From assembly GCA_002633005.1 (NCBI GenBank), contig NMRA01000066.1, forward strand, positions 1 through 64,000: a stretch of 64,000 nt of DNA. The letters are read 5' to 3'. Positions 1-12,600 of the stretch are shown here, one piece after another. The notes under the pieces were generated by a model. The model was not told the origin of the DNA, did not search any database, and saw only the letters and a program-made list of their open reading frames with translations. How positions within the stretch are numbered: position 1 is the stretch's first letter; every line of letters begins with the position of its first letter. Both the position numbers and the translations under genes were made by a program. Source of the stretch: Phoronis australis. Its lineage: Eukaryota; Animalia; Phoronida.

Positions 1-958
1 TCACACACATTACATTTTTCCTCATGAGAAAAGCTTTTACACCTTTTTCGCAAATGTCTACACTGATTCTACTATACAGTGTGTGCCATTGTATACCCAC
101 GTGATCAAGGTTTCATTGAAGCACTTCAATAGTTTCTTTGTTGGGTTAAACCAGCAGGGTGGCTTAGATACTTTAAACCTGGTTTTACTAAACTGGCTCC
201 CTGGTCTAACAAAACAAGGCTTTCGGACTTTTAAACCACGTTGGTGAAATGCAAATTGGTTCTAAAATTAGACCAGGTGTAGAAAGACCAGGTTTAAGTC
301 TTAAACCTGGTTTTTATAAACCACCTTTATGAAATCGGCTGTTAATGTTTTACTCCACGGTAGAGCTAACGGCTGACGGCTTGTGCACTCAAAAACTGTG
401 AGTTAACCGGCACTCACCTTGCACGTTGCATCCGTTTAAGTGAAAAACTATATAGTTATCGTCATTGCATAATCCTCCACCTTTTGTAACAAAAAAGTCT
501 GTCGTCGATGACCCGCACCCGCACTCACTCTCATACGCAGACGAACATCAAAACAAACGTCACGTTACAACAACGTGTGTTCATCCAGAGATTTTTCTCG
601 TGTTGTGGGGTACGATGTAGCGAAGATTTGGACTTAATCACAATTAATCTGGACTCCACATGAGCTTTAAAAATTGTAAAACATAAGGAAGATTTCAGGT
701 AATTTGTTGAGTTGAAACTATATTTTTATTCAAGAATTCAAGTTTTCCTATTGACGATCGCGATTCAGCGACCTATCAGTCGGCAAGTTTTCGCCCTAGG
801 ATTTCAGCACAATTTTTGAAAAGTGATCGTAATTTAACAACGGAGTTTGATAGCAATGCACCACAATTTTGTAGAAAGGCTGTCATAGGCTACAAATACG
901 TCACAGAGCATAAATTTGATGAATCTTAGCTTCCGATTTTACCCGGCGTTTCGGAAAC

Positions 959-2639
959 CGGGTTTCAACTGCCTTAGACTACAAAAAGCGTCCCCTCCCA
1001 GTGAACTTAATTTTTCTAAGCGCTATTAGAACCAATACAGTATACATCTTTCCACCAAGGCTAGGTGATGCAACGACATTATTCTTTGTTGCATTAGTTA
1101 ACTGGTCTTGGCTAATTATCGTTTTATGGCCTGGTCATCCATTCAGCCAAAAGTAGTTCCATAGGTGGCTTGTCAGCCAATTATTCACGCATGCTGACTC
1201 ACAATAGAAGCCTGATAAGAGTGAAGGTGGATAAATGCGGTGTTCCTACAATTTCTTGTGGTAGTGGATGTGTTCACGACATATTGTCCCTGACTTCCAT
1301 TCAAAGTCACGATGTTAACCTGGGTTAATAGCGGAGTTGCAACGCCGCCATATTGGAAATGGGTCAGAATGTTGCATTGTGGTTAAGCCGGTAAACAAGT
1401 ACGTCGGCAAGCGTGGGGGCGAACCGGCCACAGGGAGGTTATACGTGTTGTGTGTCTGGCATGCTATAATACCAGTTAGCGAAATAAAAAAAATTAGTTA
1501 CTACCTGTTTCCCAAGGATCAAGAACTGCGTTAAACATGGGTCAGAGACATCGGTAGAGCTGGTAGCAAAGGCCGACTTCGTGAATTCTTTCCGACTTCG
1601 TAGCATAAAGTGTGCAGCGCTCATTTTGAGGGCGGCAAGAAAACGTATCTTAGAAACTGCCCAACAATATCTCCCTTCAAAGAAACAGTAACAAATACTC
1701 CACGGCGGTTGGTAGTGAAAAAANNNNNNNNNNNNNNNNNNNNNNNNNNNNNNNNNNNNNNNNNNNNNNNNNNNNNNNNNNNNNNNNNNNNNNNNNNNNN
1801 NNNNNNNNNNNNNNNNNNNNNNNNNNNNNNNNNNNNNNNNNNNNNNNNNNNNNNNNNNNNNNNNNNNNNNNNNNNNNNNNNNNNNNNNNNNNNNNNNNNN
1901 NNNNNNNNNNNNNNNNNNNNNNNNNNNNNNNNNNNNNNNNNNNNNNNNNNNNNNNNNNNNNNNNNNNNNNNNNNNNNNNNNNNNNNNNNNNNNNNNNNNN
2001 NNNNNNNNNNNNNNNNNNNNNNNNNNNNNNNNNNNNNNNNNNNNNNNNNNNNNNNNNNNNNNNNNNNNNNNNNNNNNNNNNNNNNNNNNNNNNNNNNNNN
2101 NNNNNNNNNNNNNNNNNNNNNNNNNNNNNNNNNNNNNNNNNNNNNNNNNNNNNNNNNNNNNNNNNNNNNNNNNNNNNNNNNNNNNNNNNNNNNNNNNNNN
2201 NNNNNNNNNNNNNNNNNNNNNNNNNNNNNNNNNNNNNNNNNNNNNNNNNNNNNNNNNNNNNNNNNNNNCGGGTTTCAAGTGCCTTAGGCTACAAAAAGCG
2301 TCCCCTCCCTGTGAAATTAATTTTTCTAAGCGCTATTGGAGCCAATACAGTATACATCTTTCCACCAAGGCTAGGTGATGCAACGAAATTATTCTTTGTT
2401 GCATTAGTTAACTGGTCTTGGCTAATTATCGTTTTATGGCCTGGTCATCCATTCAGCCAAAAGTAGTTCCATAGGTGGCTTATCAGCCAATTATTCACGC
2501 ATGCTGACTCACAATAGAAGCCTGATAAGAGTGAAGGTGGACAAATGCGGTGTTCCTACAGTTTCTTGTGGTAGTGGATGTGTTCACGACATGTTGTCCC
2601 TGACTTCCATTCAAAGTCACGATGTTAACCTGGGTTAAT
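959..2639 (+). repeat. 371-bp direct duplication (959-1329 and 2269-2639) flanking an assembly gap; probably two alleles placed in tandem
   Basis: Colinear copies with about 11 substitutions counted by eye (~97% identity), separated by the THAP fragment and the N-gap. Confidence 0.85.
1330..1723 (+). mobile_element. 5' part of a degenerate THAP-domain DNA transposon (ISL2EU/Harbinger-like), truncated by an assembly gap
   Basis: Disrupted THAP C2CH translation: TCCVSG..(frameshift)..KKISYYLFPKDQELR*TWVRDIGR...HKVCSAHF...NCPTISP. Starts AG right after ...GGGTTAAT; the duplicated flank copy (ending 2639) lacks it, which defines the insertion point. Confidence 0.7.
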
Positions 2640-3657
2640 TGCGTTTCGTAAACGCAAGAATACCGAGAGAACCGTCTTATCTGCCGCTCCCAAATCAGAC
2701 TATAGGTAAGACAAGAAGGGGCTACATCAAGTCTGACTCCAGGATTCAGGGTTGGCGTTGTCCTCTCAGAAAGTAGACTCGACGTCTGGTCCGTCTCAAG
2801 TGAAAGGTCGTCAAATGTCTCGGTAGGGTTGAGTAGCAGTTTCGCGGTGAGAAAATCTAGCCAAAATTATACGGGCTGTTATTCAAAATACACAGCAAAA
2901 TGTCTTGCATAATATCGCGAAGCCTTGCTTTTCTAGCGAGGTGCAAGCGTTATTGAACTCTACCATGTCCATGGTTTTTACCGTGAGATGGCTCCATATT
3001 GTTCATTGATTTAGTTGGCATATTATCCGTAGATATCGCTACGGCTCCTAGTCTAGCAATACAAGTATCAACTGTTCGCTCGTCTCTGTATAGACATTTC
3101 TACGCTCACTAAATAACGCTTGGCCACGTAACATATTGCAATGACGCACTTAAACTTGCGGCTAGGTCCCTCATGACGTTCGCCCATGATTGACCAGATC
3201 CTGAGCATGTTTCACATTAATTTTATCCTTATTTACTTTATGCTGTTTTTAAGCGGCTCTGCCAGACATCCGCGCGCTAGTTTTAGCGGAAACGTATAAA
3301 TGACATCATGCATTATGCCAAGAAGAGGATGAAATATAAAAATCTGAAGTATAAAAATAAACGAGGACATGTATGCATTTTCTCATAGGGTGAGTAGGTC
3401 TTTGTTTAGGATTGAAATTCACCATCGTTGTGTATGACACTGAGCAAATTTGAAATAAGCCTCTTCTGTAGTCAGTGTCAATGAAAATTTAATTTGGGCC
3501 TTGCTTTAATACACAAACTATTTTAAGTTAACCGTTGGAGTCAACAATATCTTTTCCTTTCAGTCTAACAAACAACGTCAATATACAATCGTTCTCGACC
3601 GTTTCTGCATGACAACATTAAGGCAAATCGAGAGCTCAGTTGGTGATTTCGTTTCAG

Positions 3658-6600
3658 CCCAGTTCACTGAATGTTTCCTACTCCAAGTTTCCCCGGGTGA
3701 CCGCACCTAAATCGGAAGTCGAAGATGCGGAAGAGATGCCCAGTGATGACTTACGAGGACACTGGACGGGAAGACTTGACTTCATTCTGTCGTGCATCGG
3801 CTACGCGGTAGGCTTGGGCAACATTTGGAGATTTCCGTACAAATGTTACCTAAACGGGGGAGGTACGCACGTGTTTTACTTCGCCTATTTCGCGTGTTTC
3901 AATTAAAATCGTAAATGTTGCTCACGTTACTCCGTACAACCGTACTGAAGCAGGAAATTAAAGTTCTTGTCCTTCGTACCAAAAGCGACAAATGCATCGA
4001 AGTTGCGTAAATTACAGTATGCCGCGCGAACAGCAATTTTCTGTTCACAGGGGTAACAGGAAAATTCAATCGAAAACCTATCGAAATACTGCAAGTCAAA
4101 ACCAGGTAAATTGATAATAGAAATTGCACTGCCCATCCGGAAGACCTCGGGTAGTTTGTCGCCTTTAATTATCACTCGGAGGAGAGTTATATTTGCGGAC
4201 GTGCGAACGTCAATCCTAACAGCACTCCGTGTGACTCAAAATGGAAAATGGAGAATGTGGCGGGATTTTCTTGTAATGACAGGCTTAAGCAAGAGTAAAC
4301 AGGACTTTAGAAGATAGAATGAGGATTGAGAATGAGGTCGCGTGCAACCTTTGACTGTTACTAGGTTAAAACCGCTTGGTGGTTTCAATCGTCAACTAGT
4401 GACCAAACCTCTTTACTGCAATGGTTGAAGTTTGCACATGCTCAGATATGGAATGCCTCCAAGGGATAATTAGAGGCTTCGAAAGTACACGATAGGCACT
4501 GATATGTCTAAAGAGGCGGAGGACACGCGAATACGCGATTCTGGCATTTTTTGTAGCGCAAACCTCCGCTGGAAGTAAGTGCTCATTGAAACATCTACGT
4601 GAGAAAGTGTTTAGTCTTATTCTTTGCTTTAGGTGCATTCATGGTGCCCTATTTGATAATGGTCTGCTTCGCGGGCCTGCCTCTATTCTTCATGGAGCTG
4701 GCATTTGGCCAATTTGCTTCGCTGGGCTGCATCACCATTTGGAAGATAAGCAGGTTCTTCAAAGGTAACGTACCTCTCCCTTAGAAATTGAATCATTATT
4801 ACATTTGGGACAGGAAGACAACGGTTGTCGTGAAAATTTCACTAAAGCACCAGGCGTATGTCATGTGGTGGCATTAAAAACACGGCCCGTGTCACGGTAG
4901 CTTGTACTTAGTAGATTTGGTATCGTCGATAAGGCTGTTGTTCGGAAAATCTTACCAACGTGGGAGTAGTGCAACTTCCGCATCCGTGTCGACTTCATGC
5001 CAATAAAACACTCGCTAAAATAAAGCAACATCTCGTGAACCACAACTGATTGGCTTCTCAAACAATACGATATAGTTTATTTAATTAATTTAATTACATG
5101 TTTTATTAGTGTTTATGTTATTGATGTAAGTAGAGATATAAAATTATCAGTATAGAAATGAATAGATAAAACTTTTCACTGTTACATATTTGTGGAAAGT
5201 GTCTTGACTCCAGTCAAACATCATCACTGTCAAAGCAATAAATGGTCCCACAGCTCACCGCACTGAGTCCATGACCCCACATGTTCAAGTGGTAAGACTC
5301 AAACGATCATATCAAGAGGAGATGTGTTGGTGTGCTGATGCAGCAGTGTTGAGAACTGTGCCTTTTGTTCATGTTGCCCTTTGCTGCACTGTGTTGACTC
5401 TGTGTGATCCATTAGGTTTCTTAAATTTGACCTGTTTTTAGTATTTTTCAGTGTACGTGATTTAAAAGGCGATTAAACAATAACTTTGTATTTTTCTCAG
5501 CGTTTTCCCGAGGCATCCGGGACTCTCTTTAAGTTGCCACCCTGCTGCAGTTAACCAATGGTTGGTGGGTGAGCGCGGTATCAGGAACCACACTAATCCT
5601 TTGAAATAAAGAAGTTACATAACCACTTTTCTATGCCACTGTTGTGTTTTCTTCAGTATACAACGCATTCGGAATCTTCGATTTGGTTTACTGTTTTTGT
5701 GCACTTGAATCAGAAATAAGCAACTGAAATACAAATAAAAGAAAAATTCGCGTGGTGATGACGGACCCGTAAGACTATCCAAGAGCAAGTCTCCGTGATT
5801 CACATCTTGTAACAGGACTAAAACGCGAAATCGTAACCTGAAGCTCATGTTATTCTTCCAAATTAGTAAACAATTCGTCAAATATCCGACGACATTGTGC
5901 CCACCCTTTTTCGCTAGACTCACCGTTCTTGAGTTATTCGTTATTTTCGAAGGACTGCTCTCTATTTGACTGAGTTTTCTGTCGTATTTCCGGCTTACCT
6001 TGACAGATTTGTCTGAAATTTGATATGCGAAGAGATCTCGTCAAGCGCTGTAAGAAAAATCCGTTTCTCTCTCCAGTTTGCGGTTCTCGAGATATTCGAG
6101 ATTTATTGCTTCGATGACTGTTCTTTTTTTGACTTACTGCTCATTGCACTTTTGTTGGCCTATCTTATTCGTGTTTAAGGCGCTACATATCGCATTTCTT
6201 ATTTATACACAACGTTTGTTTCGTAAATTGTTCGAAGCCGTCTATAGTTTTGGTTGGCATTGTACTCAAGATGCCCCTTTGGCGTACATTTTTTAATTTT
6301 CGAATTGCGAAGCCATAGTTTCCTCTCTCCGAATGATTTTTCTTGAAAATTAATACGTGGGGAGACCTTGCCAAGCGCTTTCGTATCTGTGGCACCCGAT
6401 TTTCTCTGCGACTCACTTAACTCAAGAATTTTCCTTGCCGATAAATGTCTAGCTAATAAAAATTTTTTACAGTTCTTTCTTTAGATAGCTGTTTTGTTTC
6501 AGAAGGCTGATTTACGAGCAACTGGTGAAAAAAGTTATGAGAAATTTTAGGGAAATCATTAACTTTTAGTACTAAAATTGGTCGTGACTTCATTTTGGAA

Positions 6601-9600
6601 ACTGTCGCCAACATACATAAAGAATCAATAGCAAATTGATACCATTCACTGTTCACAGTTATTTATTCGGACATACGAAGCACGGACAACTTTGAAGGGT
6701 GATGCATAAAAAATGTTTTCTCCGTTTTCATGAAATATGTTAGGATCGATATGAGCTATTGACGCAAAAATTCACCATATGTGTGGGAAAAGGCTCAGTG
6801 TAATTTCAGATTGCAGTGAGAAAAAGTACATGAGGTGATTGTGGATCAATTTTCGTTAAGAGAACAAACAAAGTTGGTAATTCAGTGCAACCCAAAAAAG
6901 TAACAGAACATGTCAATTAACCGGAGAAAATAAAGGTCCTATTGCTTATACATGTTTTAGGTAAAAGGGTTCCTGAATTTATAAAAACAGTCACTGCTCG
7001 AGAGGGCATATGGTGTTTCACAACATATAATAATGTTCGGTCTTGAATAGACGTGCTTTTCATCGCTTTCGCCAACCGGTTTCCATTGCGGCTCTTAACA
7101 TTTCTACCTCCAATCACTTATTTCCCATGCGAATATTGAGTTATGGCGAGTGTTGTATCCCATAGACCGCGTTAGTTTCACCCCCAGGTGATGTAATTTT
7201 CTTAGATATCCCATTTCGTCATTTTAAAACAAACATACAGTATGTTGACATTGCGAAATTATATACTTTAACCATGACTAAGATTATGAAAATACTTCCC
7301 GGGAAAATGTTTCTGTCTCTCAAATTGTGAAAAAATCGCATTCAAGCAAGATGAATTATACCGAATCGAGAAGACTGTCCAAATGTGTTAGACTTTACCG
7401 TAGTTGTACGGAGACCCCGTGGTCTTTCTAAGACATTGAGAAATTTATTGGCAACAGCAACCACTTTTGACTGATCGTTGTAGGCATTGGTGTTGCCATG
7501 GTGATCATTTCGGCTTTGGTGTGCATCTACTCCAACATTATCATGGGTTACTCCATTTTGTACCTGTTCGCCTCCTTCACGTCCGAAGTCCCTTGGGCTA
7601 ACTGCAACAACCCCTGGAACACGGACAAATGCTTGGATGTGACAGCGGTCAACAAATCAAACGGGACCTTAAGTTTACGTTAGTATTTGTTTAAGCGACA
7701 ACACTACTGATGACTATAGCTTACACGACCTATCTCACAAAAGGTTCAATTTTGCGGAAATAATCATTGAAAAAAGTGGTGAAGAAACTCAGACCATGGC
7801 TGCATTTGATTCTCGTCGCCAGTTCTGCCGAGTCATACGACTGTTCTGCAAGCCGGAAGTCGTTATCTCGCATCAGTCAGATGTCTTAGCGGGTTAACCC
7901 GGTGGAACAGGCGAAGTGAAGCAAGTACACCCCATGTGATTAGTGACCACATCTGTAATAACGAAGGACATAGTTAGGGAAAAATCTTGCACCTGCATGG
8001 CGGAAACTTTAATCGGTCAGTACATAAGGAAGATTATTTCCGCAAAGAGGCCTCTGGCTCTGTGTTCACTTTGTAATGCAAAGGCAGTGAAAAGATGAAG
8101 GTGAATAATGACCATCATGGCGACGACGGTGACACTGAAGCCGATGATGGTGTAGCTGTTTCTATTAAAAGACGAGGTAGTTCACTGGTGGACTTCTTTT
8201 CATTTTTGCTTTGTAACTAAAACACAACATCGTTGTAGAACCCGTCGTCAACGACTGTGGTTTGTCATGTTTGTCAGATACAATCAGATCAACATATAGT
8301 CTGAAAGAATTTGACAATATAAGTAGTCGTTGACGTATATAGATGAGGGTTCGCAATATTCTTATCGTAAGATTACATGACAGTAAATACAACAAAAATA
8401 AATCTTAAAAACTCACCATAGTACTGTCGTCTGTTCGTACTTCGACTAAAACAAGTATCTCGCAAATCGCAGCGCCATCAAGGACGCAGGGAGAAAGGTA
8501 CTCACGGGAAGAAGGCTACATTGACCACCAAAATTTGTATACGATTTTACAGCTACGTAAAACTTAAATTACACAATAAACTGTTAAACGACTTATTATT
8601 CTCAGTTGCCATGCGTAACAATGTCTTTCATACTTGGACAGTTCAGAATTTACTAAAACTACTCGTAAATTGACTCTTCGCGTGTGACCATCTTTGTCTG
8701 GAGCTGCTTCTACCACACGAGACAACTTGAACCGTTCACGTATTGATTGAAGGTCTTCTTCCTTGATAATGGCGATGTCTTCAACCGCAATGTTTGTCTT
8801 CTCATTTCTCCACTTCTGGCGTTGTTGTAAGTTCTGCAAGTACTCTGTCTTCCACTGAGACGAGACATCGTTAGCGAGAAATTGTACTTGTCGCCAACGT
8901 TTACGCGCATATGTGTCTTCCCTACAAACGTTGCCCGATAATGGAAGAATCAGATGGGTCTTCATTGTCAATAGGTGATAAGGAGTTTAAAGGTTCTAGT
9001 GTAGGATCGAAAAGATGGCCTGCTGTCAGCGGACGACTGCCATGGTCTCGTACAAAAATGTGTGGAGACTCTAGTCTACTGCTTTGGTGATTCACCATCG
9101 AGGTGAGGATACTTCGAATGCTACTGATTTGACGCTGCCACACCCCGCCCATGTGACTACCATGGGGAGGGTTCATCACAAAGTCACAGTTGTGCATCGT
9201 GAGATAGTTGAGGTGTCTTCGTGAATCTCCTTAAGAGCAGCACCCACAAAGTTGGAACCTCGATTGCATAGAAGAGCTCTGACTGCGCCTCGAATCACAT
9301 CGAAACATCTAAGCCCATTTATGAACGCATTGGTAGTAATGTCGTCAAGGACTTCGATATGGATTGTTCTTGATGCAAGGCAAGTCAACAGGAGATCCCA
9401 TCGCGTGTATTCCTTCGTCCTTCATTAATGAAAAATAGTCCAAGCCAATCTATGCCTGTATACATGAAGGGTGATGAAGGATCTAATCTGTCCTTCGACA
9501 GGTTTGCCATCTTCTGACCTTGAACATTTCCTCGAAACTTTCTGCAAATCACACACGGGATGAAATACCTTGTCATAACAGTTCCGAACGATCAGATCAG

Positions 9601-12600
9601 TCATCCTAGACTTCGGCAGAATGACAGAATGTCGAATGTAATAATACATCGATGAATGTGAAAGTTTACCGCCAACCGTCAGAATGCCCTCTATCACGAA
9701 ACGGGTTCAAACCATTGACAGCTGGGTTGCAGCCATTTCATGACTGTATGTCTCGTCTTTTCTCTATTATCTTCAGTCAAAAGAGCTGAAGACTTGTCCG
9801 TCTTTCTTCTCACCTGTACGCCGTGTAGTTTTACGATTGCAGTGGCAACGTGTGTCCACTTGGAGAAATATTCCGAACGGCGCAACATAGAGGAAACAAC
9901 GCTCTCTTGGCAGATGACTTCTTTACTTCCGGATCATAAAGTGACAGGTTAGAGCTGGCGAGTTTCTTCTCTGGTAACGATCTTTCCCAAAGAAAGCCAG
10001 GTCGTTTAAGATCCTACTTCGAGTCCCGCATAGGAAAACGAGAATCTCGCAAGTCCCAGTCCCATGGAGAAAATACTCTTTGGAAGAACGTTACAGATGG
10101 TGGACATACAAATAATGATGAAGACAACATTGAGCAAAATGACGACGTTATTGATGACGGTAATGAAATGACGAAGTTGTTAACATCAATAGGCATTTCA
10201 TAACTTTTAGAACCGTACTAATAAATTTTACACTCATGATGTTCAAGAAACCATGAATTTTAACGAAGTGGACAAATACAAAAAGTTTGCATATCGAGGG
10301 TTATTTTTGCAACTCTTCGAAATGTTGCTTAAAGTGTCAAACGACTTATATAGACTTCATGCACATAATTTTTTACAAACAATAAACATAAATAAATGTG
10401 TTGATTAAATTATACTATGATTACAGTTGCAGGGAAAAAGTTGCCAAGTGAAGAATACTGGAGGTAATGAAAAAATAATATTTGCAAAAAAATTTAATAC
10501 CCGTCTCGGCAAAATTTTTCAACACCAACAATACGTCAAGCTCTGTTGATCATGGCCAGAACTTTTAATAGCTTTCTACTTTCAATGCATAGTTTAGGAA
10601 ACTACGCTTGTGTTCCTTGTTAAACTAGGCACGGATTAGAGGGGAGTGGGGGTGGTGCAGTCAAGGGACAGACATAGGAGGCAGCAATACAACAATACAA
10701 AAGCGGCTGAGCATAGGGAAGGGCCGGGTTCTCCGGATCCTCTACAGTATAAATTGCGCCAAAGAACGAACGTTGTCGTTACAGCCATTACGTGCTGGAC
10801 ATTTCCAAGTCAATAGGGGAAACGGGAGGCTGCCAGTGGCACGTGTGCTTGTGTTTACTCCTAGCCTGGATCATTGTGTTCTTGTGCCTCACAAAAGGAG
10901 TCAAATCTTCTGGCAAGGTATGTGAAATTTTATGCCATGTTGTCTACAGCTATTGAATTTTTCTCGGATAGCAAAAGTCGATGCGCGCGCATCTCATAGA
11001 GTAGGTTTGTTGGACACGAGTCCATGCAGTGAGCTTTTGACTGCTTAAAATACTATCAAAATGAAGTGATTTGTACTACAAAGATCTGCTACTTGGAATG
11101 ACAGCTATTTAACAATCCCGTGTGTATATGACGTCTCACGCTGGCTCTATAGTAACTGACTCACCGTCGAATTTGCCAGTGAAACAATTTCGAAAAATAT
11201 GCAAGTTTTGGAAATACCGGTATATAATTTGTTATGAACAGTTTTTAAGCTGTAGCAGTATAGAGAACACGTGGCGTTAGGGTTGATGTAGATATTAAGA
11301 AAAGACGAATGTAGTTTTCATGACGCTTTAGTAGCCCCAGGACCAACACCACGGGCATAAGAATCATAGCTTCTATGCTTTCCTTCTAGGTAGTCTACGT
11401 AACGGCCACTCTACCGTACATAGTACTGACGATACTGTTGATTCGGGGTTTAACGTTGGAAGGTGCAAGCGACGGCATCGTATTTTATGTCATTCCGAAA
11501 TGGGAAAGACTAAAAGATTACAAAGTAAGCTTCCATTTTACCGCCGACATTTTTTGAAGTTACCACGAAACGATTGACGAAGTTGAGACCTAGTTATAAT
11601 ACTAAAATAGGATATATAACACTGTTTTGTCTAGTTATGAGCTAGAAAGCTTTGAATGTAGAACTCTCTAACTACTGCTCAAGCTTTGCTAAAAGATCGT
11701 GAAAGCTTGATCCTGGATAGAAAAACAATGTACTTGCGGTCGTTTAGGTTTGGAAAGACGCGGCAACGCAAGTATTCTACTCTTTGGGCGTTGGGTTTGG
11801 AGGACTGCTCACCATGGCGAGCTATAATAATTTCAAGAACAACTGCTACAGGTAAGTATACACATCCGTGTATGAAACAAGTGCAATAAGTAGTACCAAG
11901 CTGCTGGAAGTTGCTCTCGTGAATAACAAAAATTGGGAACAGACGAGACGCCGGATGCACATCGATAAACAATGACTGGATGGTGGTGTACCGTGGGCTT
12001 AGAATTTCGGATAAATGTCCTTGCTACACACGTGAGTATCGCCTATCAAACTCATCAGCAAAAATTCTATAGAAATTTATTGATATCACTAAAATGGGAG
12101 CCTTTCACAAATTGTAACCCTGTATACATTTGTGTTTTTTTACTGAACAGATATAGAATGTGGAGATCGCTGCCATTCAACGGTGGCGGCCATTTTGGCA
12201 CAACACAAGAAATTAAATATTAAACCTGTAATTATTTATTTTAATAATTTAAAAATCCTTGAATGTTGACGTCGTGTTGAAAGAGCATTGCTTGCGAATA
12301 AGTTTTGACTACATTGTTTTGCGCGGAAAGAATCGTTTCATGTAGTGTTAATTATGAAAACGAAGTCGAAAGAGGTGGTCACGATTCCTGGGTGACGAGT
12401 GCTCCGTTTCTCATAGACATTGAGAAATTGTAGTTGACTAAACGCGTTGGACTTTCAGAGACGCTCTGATCGTAGCCGTCGTCAACTGTGGCACCAGCAT
12501 GTATGCCGGCTTCGTCATTTTCAGCATGCTTGGTTTCATGGCCAAACAAGTTGGTGTTGGAGTCGACGAGGTCGTCGCAGACGGTACGTTAAAGCAGGAT

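Noticed and set aside
1439-2287. Long ORFs of 279 and 225 aa (also 12790-13314 and 38809-39460)
   Set aside because: They are open only because they run through N-gaps.
10009-10203. Acidic open frame (..[17 protein letters not shown]..) as an extra SLC6 EL2 exon
   Set aside because: Ends in a stop without a good donor, resembles decayed GAT/GAC repeat, and exons 3 and 4 already join in phase.
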